From assembly GCA_963811985.1 (NCBI GenBank), contig CAWEUH010000057.1:17166-49165 (forward strand): a stretch of 32,000 bases of DNA, given 5' to 3'. The position numbers and the translations under genes are program-made. This document shows, piece by piece, positions 1 through 8,374 of the stretch; the stretch's first letter is position 1, and every line of letters begins with the position of its first letter. Under the pieces are notes generated by a model. It was given only the letters and a program-made list of their open reading frames with translations. It had not been told where the DNA came from and made no database searches. Source of the DNA: an uncultured delta proteobacterium (GTDB lineage: Bacteria; Myxococcota_A; Polyangia; Polyangiales; Polyangiaceae).

Positions 1-382
1 TCAAATCATAACAAGTAAGGACTAGTGGTATTTGTTCGTCGCGAACCAATGGCTCCGGTTCGGTCACGTGAAGCAAATGGGCGCCGCGCAATTGAGCTGC
101 GCCTGCAAACCCGTTGAGCTTGCGTCTTACGTATGCGTCGCGGTCGAAGTCGTCTGGATGAATCAATGAGCCACGATAGGACAATCCATCCGTCCCTGTG
201 GTTTGGCCTTGTTCGTCGTAACAAGCCAGGCCGTCGACCGTGAAGTCCAGTTTCCCTTCCTCTTGAAGCGCCTCTAGCCCCATTGCAAGCCCAATGACGT
301 ACTGTCCGACACCCCGCAGGCGCGACGGGGTATCGAGGGGAGACATGTCAAGCAAGACTTTGCGGCTATTCGCGGCGACCAT
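1..382 (-). CDS. Glycosyltransferase (GT4-like), 5' portion only; the gene runs off the left edge
   Basis: Missing from the ORF track because it is open at the window edge. Hand translation from ATG 382..380 gives MVAANSRKVLLDMSPLDTPSRLRGVGQYVIGLAMG...HLLHVTEPEPLVRDEQIPLVLTCYDL with no stops. This is colinear with the N-terminus of the 1678..2868 protein (VLIDMSPLDTPSRLRGIGQYILGLASG...LLHVTEPVVIPRDNRVPRIVTCYDL). Confidence 0.8.
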   Translation of the reverse strand, partial: MVAANSRKVLLDMSPLDTPSRLRGVGQYVIGLAMGLEALQEEGKLDFTVDGLACYDEQGQTTGTDGLSYRGSLIHPDDFDRDAYVRRKLNGFAGAAQLRGAHLLHVTEPEPLVRDEQIPLVLTCYDL

Positions 383-460
383 GAGCTGCTCCTGAGTAGT
401 ACAGGGCCTCTAGTGTTGCAAACGAGATTCGTCGGGTTCCTGCGCCTTGGAGGCAATGCA

Positions 461-1681
461 CTAGTCGAGTTCGTAAGCCGAAAGCATCTGCGGACCAATG
501 GTCGATGCGGAATAGCGTTCGCGACATGCGCGATCGGCCATCGCACGCAATGCGTCCGCGTCCTGATCCGACAGCTTGGCGAGTCGTTCGAGCACGTCGG
601 CAAAGCCGTCCGGAGAAAAGGCATCCGTGATGTGGCCGAGTTTGCCTCCGTCTAATATCTCGGCCGGCCCCCCATGGTCCGGACCAACGAGCAACAGACC
701 ACGCGCAGCCGCCTCCGGGAATACCATGCCAAACGGTTCGTCAATCGAGAGCAACGCGAACACTTGGCATAGGTCATAGATACGGCGAAGTTCAACGTCG
801 GATACGAAGCCGTGAAACTGGGTAATCGCAACAATGCCCAACTGGCGCGCGAGCGTTTCCAGCGCGCGGCGACTGGGTCCCTCGCCGACAATGTGCAGTT
901 GGCCGCGATGGCGTCCACCGTGGGTGAACCTGGCAAAGCCGCGCAGAACCGTATCAACGTTTTTCTCTGGGACAAGCCGGGTCTGAACGAGCACTCGCAA
1001 CTCATCTCGATCGAGCCCTCGACGCGATGAATCATCAACCGGAAACCGAACAATCGGGTATAGAACCTTGCAAGGCCGCCGTCCATAGGTGCGAATCACG
1101 AGTTCTCGAGTGTACTGGCTATTGGCACATATCACGTCCAACCCGTTCACAGTCTTCAGGTCGCGCCTACCTTCGACGACAAACCGGTGCTGCGTGCCCA
1201 ACGGCAATGGCCGCTGACGCCGTGCCATTCGCGCAAAATGAGATTCTGCCATGCTTTGCGCTGGGATCCCCGCGCTTTGCCGCGACGATAATGTCGGGTG
1301 CGCAGCGTCTAGGTGAATCTCCCGATAAGGTTCGTGGCAGTACCAGATCTTCCGCGCGCGACAGGCAGCATTCGCTAAGATATGAGGCATTGGGTAGTTG
1401 TGCGCAATAGCGACATCGATACCATCGAGCAGCCTTGACATGTGCGGCGTCCGGCGCGCCATCCACGCCTCACGACCTCCCAAGACTTCGAGCCAGTTTG
1501 GCCCTCCCAACAGGGCAACCTGCATGCCCCTCATTTCATCGCGCCAACGCGCTTCGTTGACCGCTCTGGCAATGACACGGATATTGAAGCCGCGCTCCAG
1601 CAGAAACTTCGCCTGGCTGAGCGCAAGAATCTCGGCGCCGCCTATGCTCAGAAATGCTGGGTGCAATACTGCAATATTCAA
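461..1681 (-). CDS. Glycosyltransferase family 4 (GT-B fold)
   Basis: ORF 461..1801. N-terminal NIAVLHPAFLSIGGAEI and C-terminal EPFGMVFPEAAARGLLLVGPDHGGPAEI (EX7E-type region) are typical of GT4. Start set at TTG 1681..1679, which overlaps the upstream TGA (TTGA coupling) and gives a typical GT4 N-terminus. ATG 1726 or the start of the full ORF at 1801 are alternatives. Confidence 0.85.
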   Translation of the reverse strand: MNIAVLHPAFLSIGGAEILALSQAKFLLERGFNIRVIARAVNEARWRDEMRGMQVALLGGPNWLEVLGGREAWMARRTPHMSRLLDGIDVAIAHNYPMPHILANAACRARKIWYCHEPYREIHLDAAHPTLSSRQSAGIPAQSMAESHFARMARRQRPLPLGTQHRFVVEGRRDLKTVNGLDVICANSQYTRELVIRTYGRRPCKVLYPIVRFPVDDSSRRGLDRDELRVLVQTRLVPEKNVDTVLRGFARFTHGGRHRGQLHIVGEGPSRRALETLARQLGIVAITQFHGFVSDVELRRIYDLCQVFALLSIDEPFGMVFPEAAARGLLLVGPDHGGPAEILDGGKLGHITDAFSPDGFADVLERLAKLSDQDADALRAMADRACRERYSASTIGPQMLSAYELD

Positions 1682-2868
1682 AGCGACAGTGCCTTCCGAT
1701 ATGCCGCTACGGATTTCCGTGCGCATTCGACCCAGCTGAATCGCGCAACTTGGCGAGGCCCTTGTTCTCGGAGCTCGGCGCGAAGCGTTTCGTCGTAGCA
1801 AAGTGACCGCAACGCTTCCGCCAACGCCACTGGGTCGCTCGGAGGAACCAACACAGCCGAATTGCCAGTGATCTCGGGAATGGAGGTGGCATTGGTGGTG
1901 ACGGTGGGTGCGCCGCAGGCCATCGCTTCCGCGACGGGCAGACCGAAACCTTCGTATTTCGACGGGAACACGTGAACGTGACAGGCGCGGTACAACGCTG
2001 CAATGTCTTTTTGGTCCACGTAACCGAGCAGCCGCACCGCGCTAGCGACGTTGGCTTTGTTGGCCAATTGCAGCAGTTGTCGCTGCCTCTTGTCCATGAT
2101 GGCACCGGCTAGCACCAAGTCGAAGTCTTTGGCGAGCCCGGCTTGCGCGAACGAGTCGATGAGTAGATCTACATTCTTTCGCGAATCGAATGCGCCAACG
2201 TAGTAGCAAAACGGACGCTTGAGGTTGTACCGCTCCATCAAGCTTGATTGTTCGTTTTCGAATTCGGGCTCCGGGCGGAACTGAGCATGATCGACGCCAA
2301 GATAGGCCACGTCGATCAAGCTTTCACTGATCCCCAAGTGCCGCACGAGATCGCTCCGTGTCGCTTGGCTGATCGCCAAGATTCTGCGCGCCGTGCCGTA
2401 GCGCTGGCTGTCCTTCCACTTGCAGTAGACACGCGCCCAGGGTTCGGGGCCAAGGTACTCTTTGTGCAAGACCAGTGGGATGAGGTCGTAGCACGTGACG
2501 ATGCGCGGAACGCGGTTGTCTCGCGGAATGACGACGGGCTCCGTGACGTGAAGCAGATCGCAGCCACGCTCGAAAGCGGCCGGCCCGAGCCCGCGGCGCT
2601 TGCGGCGGCGATAGGGCCCATTTGCAAAGCCTTGCGGGTGTACCATCTTACCCTGGTAACTTAGTCCATCGGGACCCGTTCTTTGGCCCTGGAGGTCAAA
2701 CTGCGCGATGCCGTCCACGTTCAGTTCCAGCTCCCCTGCCGCTTGAAGTTGCTGGATCCCCGACGCAAGCCCTAAGATGTATTGCCCAATACCGCGTAGC
2801 CGCGACGGCGTATCGAGCGGTGACATGTCGATGAGGACCCTGGATTGCTGGCTCTCTGAAGCGGTCAT
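1678..2868 (-). CDS. Glycosyltransferase family 4
   Basis: 396-aa ORF. The C-terminal VFPSKYEGFGLPVAEAMACGAPTVTTNATSIPEITG is the classic Glycos_transf_1 EX7E region. Confidence 0.9.
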   Translation of the reverse strand: MTASESQQSRVLIDMSPLDTPSRLRGIGQYILGLASGIQQLQAAGELELNVDGIAQFDLQGQRTGPDGLSYQGKMVHPQGFANGPYRRRKRRGLGPAAFERGCDLLHVTEPVVIPRDNRVPRIVTCYDLIPLVLHKEYLGPEPWARVYCKWKDSQRYGTARRILAISQATRSDLVRHLGISESLIDVAYLGVDHAQFRPEPEFENEQSSLMERYNLKRPFCYYVGAFDSRKNVDLLIDSFAQAGLAKDFDLVLAGAIMDKRQRQLLQLANKANVASAVRLLGYVDQKDIAALYRACHVHVFPSKYEGFGLPVAEAMACGAPTVTTNATSIPEITGNSAVLVPPSDPVALAEALRSLCYDETLRAELREQGPRQVARFSWVECARKSVAAYRKALSL

Positions 2869-3033
2869 GCTGGGCTTTCGAGGCGCGTATGTTATACGAA
2901 TCTGCGTAAATGTCGCGCGAAATGCTGATGGGACTTCTTCCCAGCCGACGCGCGAAGCCCTTGCGCAACTGGCACCGAGTGATACTGAGACTCATTCAGC
3001 AAATTCGGGCTAATTCAACTTCTCTAAGCTGAA

Positions 3034-4074
3034 ATGCGGTTTTTCTTTACGGATGAGGATCGTCGGACCGATGAGCGAGGTTCGGATATACGCGCCGCGT
3101 TGGTACACGCACGCCACAGAGTCATTCACGGCCAACCGGGCCAGCCGGCGCCCGAGGGTACGGATATCTGGATGCACGGCCTCGGGCTTGAAGGCGGGCC
3201 ACCGCTGAAGCAATCGACCGTCGATAGGTTGCTTACATCCAAGGCGGAGGTCGTGCTGCTGCAGCTGTGCGATGCCGAAACCATGTCGTTCGATTCGGTT
3301 CCGGAGGGCCTAGCGCGCCGGGCACGCTTGTTTCTGAGAAATCACTGGCCCATGGATGTGCAGCGCATCCCGGAACCCTACCGCGATCGCATCGGGTGGT
3401 TGCCGCCAATGATCAAACCCATGAAGCCTCACCCAGGCAAGCCGCTGAACAAACGGGTTCCGCGATCCGTTTTCTTCGGAACGCGAACGGGCTTTTCCAA
3501 CATGAATGATGGAATGAACGCTCGCGAGCAGACCGTACGTATCATGCGAAACTCCGGGCTTGCGTTCGAAGGCGGGCTAGTCCTGCACAAGTTCGACCAA
3601 TATCAAGTGGTTCCCGAGCTCACGGTGCCTCGCATTAGTGGGCGCACGCATGACAGGCTATTGCAGAATTCGTGCATATGTCTGGCACCCTGGGGCAATC
3701 ATCCGCTGACCTATCGTTTCTTCGAGGGGCTTGCCTATCGCTGCCTCGTCCTGGCACAGTCGATTCAGAAATGTCGGTTCTTGGACGGCGGGCTCGAACC
3801 GGGGCGGCACTTCGTTGAGGTCAACGATGACCTGAGCAATCTGGCCGAGCGAGTCGATTACTACCTCAATCACGTGGACGAAGGGCAACGCATCGCCGAT
3901 GCCGGGCACGAGCATTTCAAGCGTTTCTTCGCGTCGCGCGGGCGGCTTGTATCGGCCTGGATTTACGATGCCACCGTTGCGTCGTGGGGAACGTTATATC
4001 AGCCGAGCACGGCTCGCGATCCATTGTCGTGGTTGCGCTCGATTTATGCCCGGCTATTTTCCAATCGCATTTGA
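3034..4074 (+). CDS. Putative glycosyltransferase (CgeB-like / Glyco_trans_1_2-type C-terminal domain)
   Basis: 346-aa ORF divergent from the GT4 genes. The C-terminal half (LQNSCICLAPWGNHPLTYRFFEGLAYRCLVLAQ...HFVEVNDDLSNLAERVDYYLNHVDEGQRIADAGHEHF) resembles CgeB-type transferase domains. Judged by eye only. Confidence 0.55.
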   Translation: MRFFFTDEDRRTDERGSDIRAALVHARHRVIHGQPGQPAPEGTDIWMHGLGLEGGPPLKQSTVDRLLTSKAEVVLLQLCDAETMSFDSVPEGLARRARLFLRNHWPMDVQRIPEPYRDRIGWLPPMIKPMKPHPGKPLNKRVPRSVFFGTRTGFSNMNDGMNAREQTVRIMRNSGLAFEGGLVLHKFDQYQVVPELTVPRISGRTHDRLLQNSCICLAPWGNHPLTYRFFEGLAYRCLVLAQSIQKCRFLDGGLEPGRHFVEVNDDLSNLAERVDYYLNHVDEGQRIADAGHEHFKRFFASRGRLVSAWIYDATVASWGTLYQPSTARDPLSWLRSIYARLFSNRI

Positions 4075-5019
4075 TAGAGATCTGTGCCTCCCACGCCTAC
4101 TCACGCCAACGGCGACGGCCAGAACGCCAATTACCGCGAACGGTAGATCGGCCACGACGCGAAAGGCCGTCCAGTAACTATGCCCGCACGTGTAGAGCAT
4201 CGCCAACAGCGCGACGCCTCGCGCCACGTGCATCGCGACGAGACCTTGTAACAGCAAACTGCGTTCATTAGGCACGAACCCCCGTATGAACACGCCAATC
4301 AGAATGAACTGTGCGATCAGGAACTTGTACGTCAGGGCCGCGCCAATGAACCACGGGGCAACGCCCGCATCGCCGAACGTGCCCGCTGAAAAATCCATCG
4401 TGTTCAGTTGCAAGCCGCCCTGCAGCCCAATCCACTGGACGTAACTGAGCGCGAATAGGAACGTGAGGCTCACGAGTCGCAGCGGGTTGCTCGCCTCGGC
4501 GGCGCAAGCACGACCGACAATCTCGGCTGCCACCAGCGCTGGCACGAGAACCAGGATCTCGAAATCGCGGCACACCCAGACGTAGCTAGTGACGGCAAAA
4601 ACCCAAGCAAGTTGACGACGGCCGGCAACGTGGGCCAACAGTGCGCCCAGAGCGCAAGCAACCCAGGCGACGCGTCCCAGCCAAGATATCGCGTAGTGTC
4701 GCAAGACGAAACTGAGTAGCGCGGCAAACACGCCAACGACGACCCAGTGCATCTCGGCAGCCATTGGTCGATTTCCTTTGTGTTGCTGCGGCCCAGACTC
4801 GGTGCGTGCGCCCGCGTTCACGATGGGACAGCGCATCGCGTTGAGCAACCAAGCAAACCCCGCAGCCAGCAAGACTGCAGCCATGACCGCGGCTTTCGTC
4901 GGGGTTTCGCTAAAGAACTTGGGGCAGACGTCGCTTGGGTGCGTGCCTGCTAAGGCGAGCAGCGCAATCGCCGTGAGTAGAATGGCACTCGCACAGATCC
5001 TCGCAGCCGGTGACGCCAT
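4054..5019 (-). CDS. Polytopic integral membrane protein, function unknown
   Basis: 321-aa ORF that is almost entirely hydrophobic, with at least 8 apparent TM segments. Sits in the glycan cluster. No catalytic motif recognised. Overlaps the convergent 3034..4074 gene by 21 nt. Confidence 0.6.
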   Translation of the reverse strand: MASPAARICASAILLTAIALLALAGTHPSDVCPKFFSETPTKAAVMAAVLLAAGFAWLLNAMRCPIVNAGARTESGPQQHKGNRPMAAEMHWVVVGVFAALLSFVLRHYAISWLGRVAWVACALGALLAHVAGRRQLAWVFAVTSYVWVCRDFEILVLVPALVAAEIVGRACAAEASNPLRLVSLTFLFALSYVQWIGLQGGLQLNTMDFSAGTFGDAGVAPWFIGAALTYKFLIAQFILIGVFIRGFVPNERSLLLQGLVAMHVARGVALLAMLYTCGHSYWTAFRVVADLPFAVIGVLAVAVGVSRRGRHRSLSNAIGK

Positions 5020-6793
5020 CTCTCGTGCTCGTGCCCGAGGTTGTGTTCGCCCTATTCCCTGCGCGGGACTTTCGTTCGCCCCTCCCTAAATCCCTCCCCG
5101 CCTGGGGAGGGACTTTGAACCCCCCAAATCCCCCCAGTCTTGGGGGGATATCTCGGCGCGATTGCTTCGCGTCGCATATTTGAGATCGATCGAGACGAGT
5201 TCGCCCCTCCCTAAATCCCTCCCCGCCTGGGGAGGGACTTTGAACCCCCGGTGGTTTGCATACTCTGCCTGTGCCCTGTGTTGCGCGGGCGTGCAACCAA
5301 ATGCCCAACGCGACGATGCATGCGTAGGCCTCGATCTGTGTGTTGGTCGTGTAGCTGACGAGCAACCAACCCGGCAGCACGCCCAAAATCAGCGCCCAGT
5401 GTCGTTCGAAACGCGATGCCCATGACTTGAAGCGAATGACCGCAGCAACCAGGCAGGCATTGGCTACCAGGAAGAGCAAAGCCCGAATCAGGTTGGGCAG
5501 ATTGCCCGAAAGTCGTTCGACTGAGTACGTAAGCGCCAACGCGCAGCCAAGCCAAACCGCGCCAATGAGCACCGCGCGTGGTGCACGCCTGCCGTAGATG
5601 ACGACGGCTGCAGCCAGCGCCGCAAGGCCTAAAATAGCAAGCCAATGCCAGCCGTGATGGGCATGCGTGCCCTGCACTTGCCCCTGGGCATTGTCGTAGT
5701 TATGGGACAGTTGGCGCGTCTGCTCAATGCAGCGGCGGTTGTCCCCGACATTGTCGCAGCAGTCGCGAATTGCATCGCCTGCCTCTTGGCGGGAGATCTG
5801 CGGCAACAGCGCAGCAAGGCGCCGAGTCTCCGAACAGGCAAGGCGCCGTTCGGTTTCGGGAGATTGCTCGAGCCATTCGAAGGGCACACGGCCGCGTGCC
5901 TGCTGTGCCGTCGGCACACCGAGCAGCGCGCTCAGCAGCCCAGGAAGGTCGACTTGATCCAGGGCGCGCGACGGATGAATCGAGGGGCGTATTCCAGGCC
6001 CGTAGGCGAATAGCGGGCAGCGCCGCTGTTCGGTGGTGTCTGTCCCGTGCGTGCCACTGTCGGCGGCTCCGTGATCGCTCGTTACGATGACGGTCCAGTT
6101 TGGCCCAAACGAACCGAGCCATTCGAACAGCCTGCGATCGAAGTGCTGCATGTGGCTGGCATAGCGCGACGACTTGATGCCCCATGCATGACCCTGGTGG
6201 TCGGGCGTGACGAAGTGAACGACTAGGAAATCGGGCGATCTGCGCTGCAGTTCACGGGCGTCACGGAACGTTATCGCGTTGAAGTCCGTCTCGGTCGTAA
6301 CCCCTTGAGGGTCCGGTCGAAATGTTTCAAAGGCATCGCCGTAAAGCTGTGACCACGCGGGATCGCCTGCGCCCATCAACCCGAGGCCTGCGTGCTTGGC
6401 ATTGTGGAGCCAGTCATTGACGCTCGCTCGCGGCGGGTGTAAATTCTCGAGGATCTGATCGAGATCGCCCCTTTGCCCCGTGCCGTAAGCGAGCACGGCA
6501 CTCGACGTCATGGTGATGCGGCCCGCCCAGACCTCGCTGCTTGCGCGCTTGAGAAGTGCTGCGGCAAATTGCGGCATGGTCGCCGAGTCGTTGGCGACAT
6601 CCCAACGCAGCCCGTCGACAATCACAAGTAGCACGTGACTCGTAAGGCGTTGTCCTGGGCCCCTTGCTGCGGCTTGCGGCGGGTCGCGGGACGGCGGCGT
6701 CACCGGTCGAACCGCGACCAATGTTGCGTTGATTGAAGCGAGGATCCAAACGCCAAGTAGCAGACCAAGAAGCGCAATTTTGCGCCTGGACAT
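4910..6793 (-). CDS. Alkaline-phosphatase-superfamily membrane enzyme (type I phosphodiesterase / phosphoethanolamine-transferase-like)
   Basis: ORF 4910..6955, with the start moved to ATG 6793 (MSRRKIALLGLLLGVWILA, an N-terminal membrane anchor). Core motifs LLVIVDGLRWD, HFVTPDHQGHAWG and VIVTSDHGAADSGTHG are followed by about 5 TM helices. The last ~115 codons (below ~5255) read through repeat DNA and then out of frame over the next gene, so the true 3' end is uncertain. Confidence 0.8.
   Translation of the reverse strand: MSRRKIALLGLLLGVWILASINATLVAVRPVTPPSRDPPQAAARGPGQRLTSHVLLVIVDGLRWDVANDSATMPQFAAALLKRASSEVWAGRITMTSSAVLAYGTGQRGDLDQILENLHPPRASVNDWLHNAKHAGLGLMGAGDPAWSQLYGDAFETFRPDPQGVTTETDFNAITFRDARELQRRSPDFLVVHFVTPDHQGHAWGIKSSRYASHMQHFDRRLFEWLGSFGPNWTVIVTSDHGAADSGTHGTDTTEQRRCPLFAYGPGIRPSIHPSRALDQVDLPGLLSALLGVPTAQQARGRVPFEWLEQSPETERRLACSETRRLAALLPQISRQEAGDAIRDCCDNVGDNRRCIEQTRQLSHNYDNAQGQVQGTHAHHGWHWLAILGLAALAAAVVIYGRRAPRAVLIGAVWLGCALALTYSVERLSGNLPNLIRALLFLVANACLVAAVIRFKSWASRFERHWALILGVLPGWLLVSYTTNTQIEAYACIVALGIWLHARATQGTGRVCKPPGVQSPSPGGEGFREGRTRLDRSQICDAKQSRRDIPPRLGGFGGFKVPPQAGRDLGRGERKSRAGNRANTTSGTSTRDGVTGCEDLCECHSTHGDCAARLSRHAPKRRLPQVL
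5074..5250. repeat. REP/MITE-like composite: 52-nt unit A, module M1, 52-nt unit A
   Basis: gttcgcccctccctaaatccctccccgcctggggagggactttgaaccccc occurs identically at 5074-5125 and 5199-5250. Each copy holds a 9-bp GC hairpin (tccctcccc/ggggaggga, loop gcct). Between them lies an 8-bp hairpin (atcccccc agtctt ggggggat, 5128-5149) followed by the core cttcgcgtcgcatatttgagatcgatc (5165-5191). Confidence 0.85.
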
Positions 6794-7134
6794 CGAGCAC
6801 CCAAATATATTTGTGGGTTCGCCGACGTACCGAGACGTGGTCTTTGAATCAACAATAGGCGAAATCGCTACGGTCAGGGTGCCACCCGCGAGCGCAAGGC
6901 TACGACGAAATCTTTCCGTCCTTCCGCCCTTCCTGTGCAATCCCAACAGGGGCACAAAATGCCGCCGAGTTTCTCCGTAGTGCGGAAGGTCGGAAGATTT
7001 GCAGGCAATCGCTGACCCGTTGGCCGTTCAGCGCTAGAAGCGAGCCATTTGAAGCACTGCGGAGCCACGTGCCGCCGCGGCAAGAAAATCGGAACCAGGC
7101 GCCGCGCGCGGCATTTGTGGTATCAACGCGAGTC

Positions 7135-7806
7135 ATGGCTTCCGATAGTGATCGGCCCGCACCACATCGTTCTTCAAGACGGCCTTCGAACGCCTCGGAT
7201 CGTCCGCGTCCACGTCCGCGGCGGCGCGATGAGCCTGAGCCGCTGCCCATTGTCGGCGGTACCTTCACGAACGCGATCATTGCCGGCTGCGCGATGTTGA
7301 TCATCTTCCCCTTGGAAAATGTCGTACACACGCCAAACCCGGCTCCGACGAACATGAGCGGTTGGCACGTGGGCGGCTCGACGCGTGTGCGTTTGACCGT
7401 CATCACGATGGATTACGAGCGGCTGCTGTGCGCCGCAAGCCAGGCTTTTGGTGAAGAGCATTGCCAGTACAAAGACGAAAACACGCTCTGGCCGATTGAG
7501 CCAGGACAGCCGCTCGACGACACAAAGAAGCACGTGATTCAGCCGTACCGGACGTACCCCGACAATCAATTGATCTTGGTGTCCGGGATCTGGTCGCATC
7601 CCTTGATCACGACGCGGCTGCACCGCGAGCCTTGGCAGGGGTTTCTCGAGACCAAGCTGCAGCGCTTCGTGATTGAATGCGACGTCAACTTCATCGGAAA
7701 CCTCCAAAACGTATCGCTGCGTTGGAAGCCGGATGTTGCCTGGGGCAAAGAAGCGTCGGCGATTGTGGCCAAATCGCGATCGTGCTGGCTGGGATCTACC
7801 GAGTAG
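7135..7806 (+). CDS. Hypothetical membrane-anchored protein
   Basis: ORF 7069..7806, with the start set at ATG 7135 (MASDSD...). It has an Arg/Pro-rich N-terminus, one TM segment (GGTFTNAIIAGCAMLIIFPL) and a ~150-aa C-terminal domain with coding-like composition. No family recognised. Confidence 0.5.
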   Translation: MASDSDRPAPHRSSRRPSNASDRPRPRPRRRDEPEPLPIVGGTFTNAIIAGCAMLIIFPLENVVHTPNPAPTNMSGWHVGGSTRVRLTVITMDYERLLCAASQAFGEEHCQYKDENTLWPIEPGQPLDDTKKHVIQPYRTYPDNQLILVSGIWSHPLITTRLHREPWQGFLETKLQRFVIECDVNFIGNLQNVSLRWKPDVAWGKEASAIVAKSRSCWLGSTE

Positions 7807-7967
7807 ATCTCCCCTCCCTAAATCCCCCTAGTTTTTGGGGGATATCTCGTCGCAGGTCCTTCGCGTTACATATTTGAGCTCGTTTTACGGCCCACCCACC
7901 CCAACCCCGCCCTCAACGGCGGGGTATCTAGGCGCGTGCTCTTCGCGTCGCATATTTGAGATCGATC
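7807..7967. repeat. Two tandem REP/MITE-like modules (M2, M3) of the same family as 5126-5191
   Basis: M2: cccctccctaaatccc prefix, hairpin atccccc/gggggat (7822-7843), then cttcgcgttacatatttgagctcg (7859-7882). M3: hairpin ccccgcc/ggcgggg (7905-7924), then cttcgcgtcgcatatttgagatcgatc (7941-7967), a 27-nt exact match to 5165-5191. Together they fill the gap between convergent genes. Confidence 0.85.
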
Positions 7968-8317
7968 ATTGGCTCACCAGCGTCCGAGGTTTGAAACCCA
8001 AATTCAAGTTGTTGGCGACCTTGGCCAAAGCCGAATCGAGCGACCATAGCTGAGCGTGAGACACGAGGCTCGCCGCGATGAGCTCCGCGTCCACCCAGCC
8101 GATGCCCTTGCGGGCCAGACGCCGACGCCGGATCAGCGTCAGGACTTCGTCAGCCGGCACACGCTGCGACTGAGGCAGTTGCTCTAGCAGCCGCGCCTGT
8201 TGCGACGACAACCCACGCCTGCAGACCCATCTCGATGACTTCCGTCTTAGTCCGCGCCCGCGTTTCGTTCATTGCGCGGCGAACGAGAGTTTCATCCAAG
8301 TCGAGGGTGGTCCTCAT
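7966..8317 (-). pseudogene. Decayed vapBC toxin-antitoxin module (frameshifted VapB fused to the C-terminal third of a PIN/VapC toxin)
   Basis: ATG 8317 opens MRTTLDLDETLVRRAMNETRARTKTEVIEMGLQAW..., a typical VapB N-terminus, which then drifts into nonsense (stop at 8150). The +1 frame (ORF 7966..8211) continues SSQQARLLEQL (VapB-like tail) and runs directly into ADEVLTLIRRRRLARKGIGWVDAELIAASLVSHAQLWSLDSALAKVA, the conserved C-terminal block of PIN toxins. The N-terminal ~90 aa of the PIN domain are absent. Confidence 0.6.
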
Positions 8318-8332
8318 GCATACATTTATGCA
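8317..8332. promoter_or_regulatory. Palindrome TGCATA-N4-TATGCA abutting the vapB start codon (candidate TA operator)
   Basis: tgcatacatttatgca at 8317-8332 is a 6-4-6 inverted repeat overlapping the ATG. TA antitoxins commonly autoregulate through such sites. Confidence 0.35.
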
Positions 8333-8374
8333 GCTGTCAAGCGTACCTGCTTGCCACGGCCCGCGATAAGGCGC

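Noticed and set aside
6900-7406. 168-aa minus-strand ORF in the divergent region
   Set aside because: It has no motifs and a Gly/Arg-rich composition. It overlaps the plus-strand ORF, which has a TM segment and a coding-like C-terminal domain.
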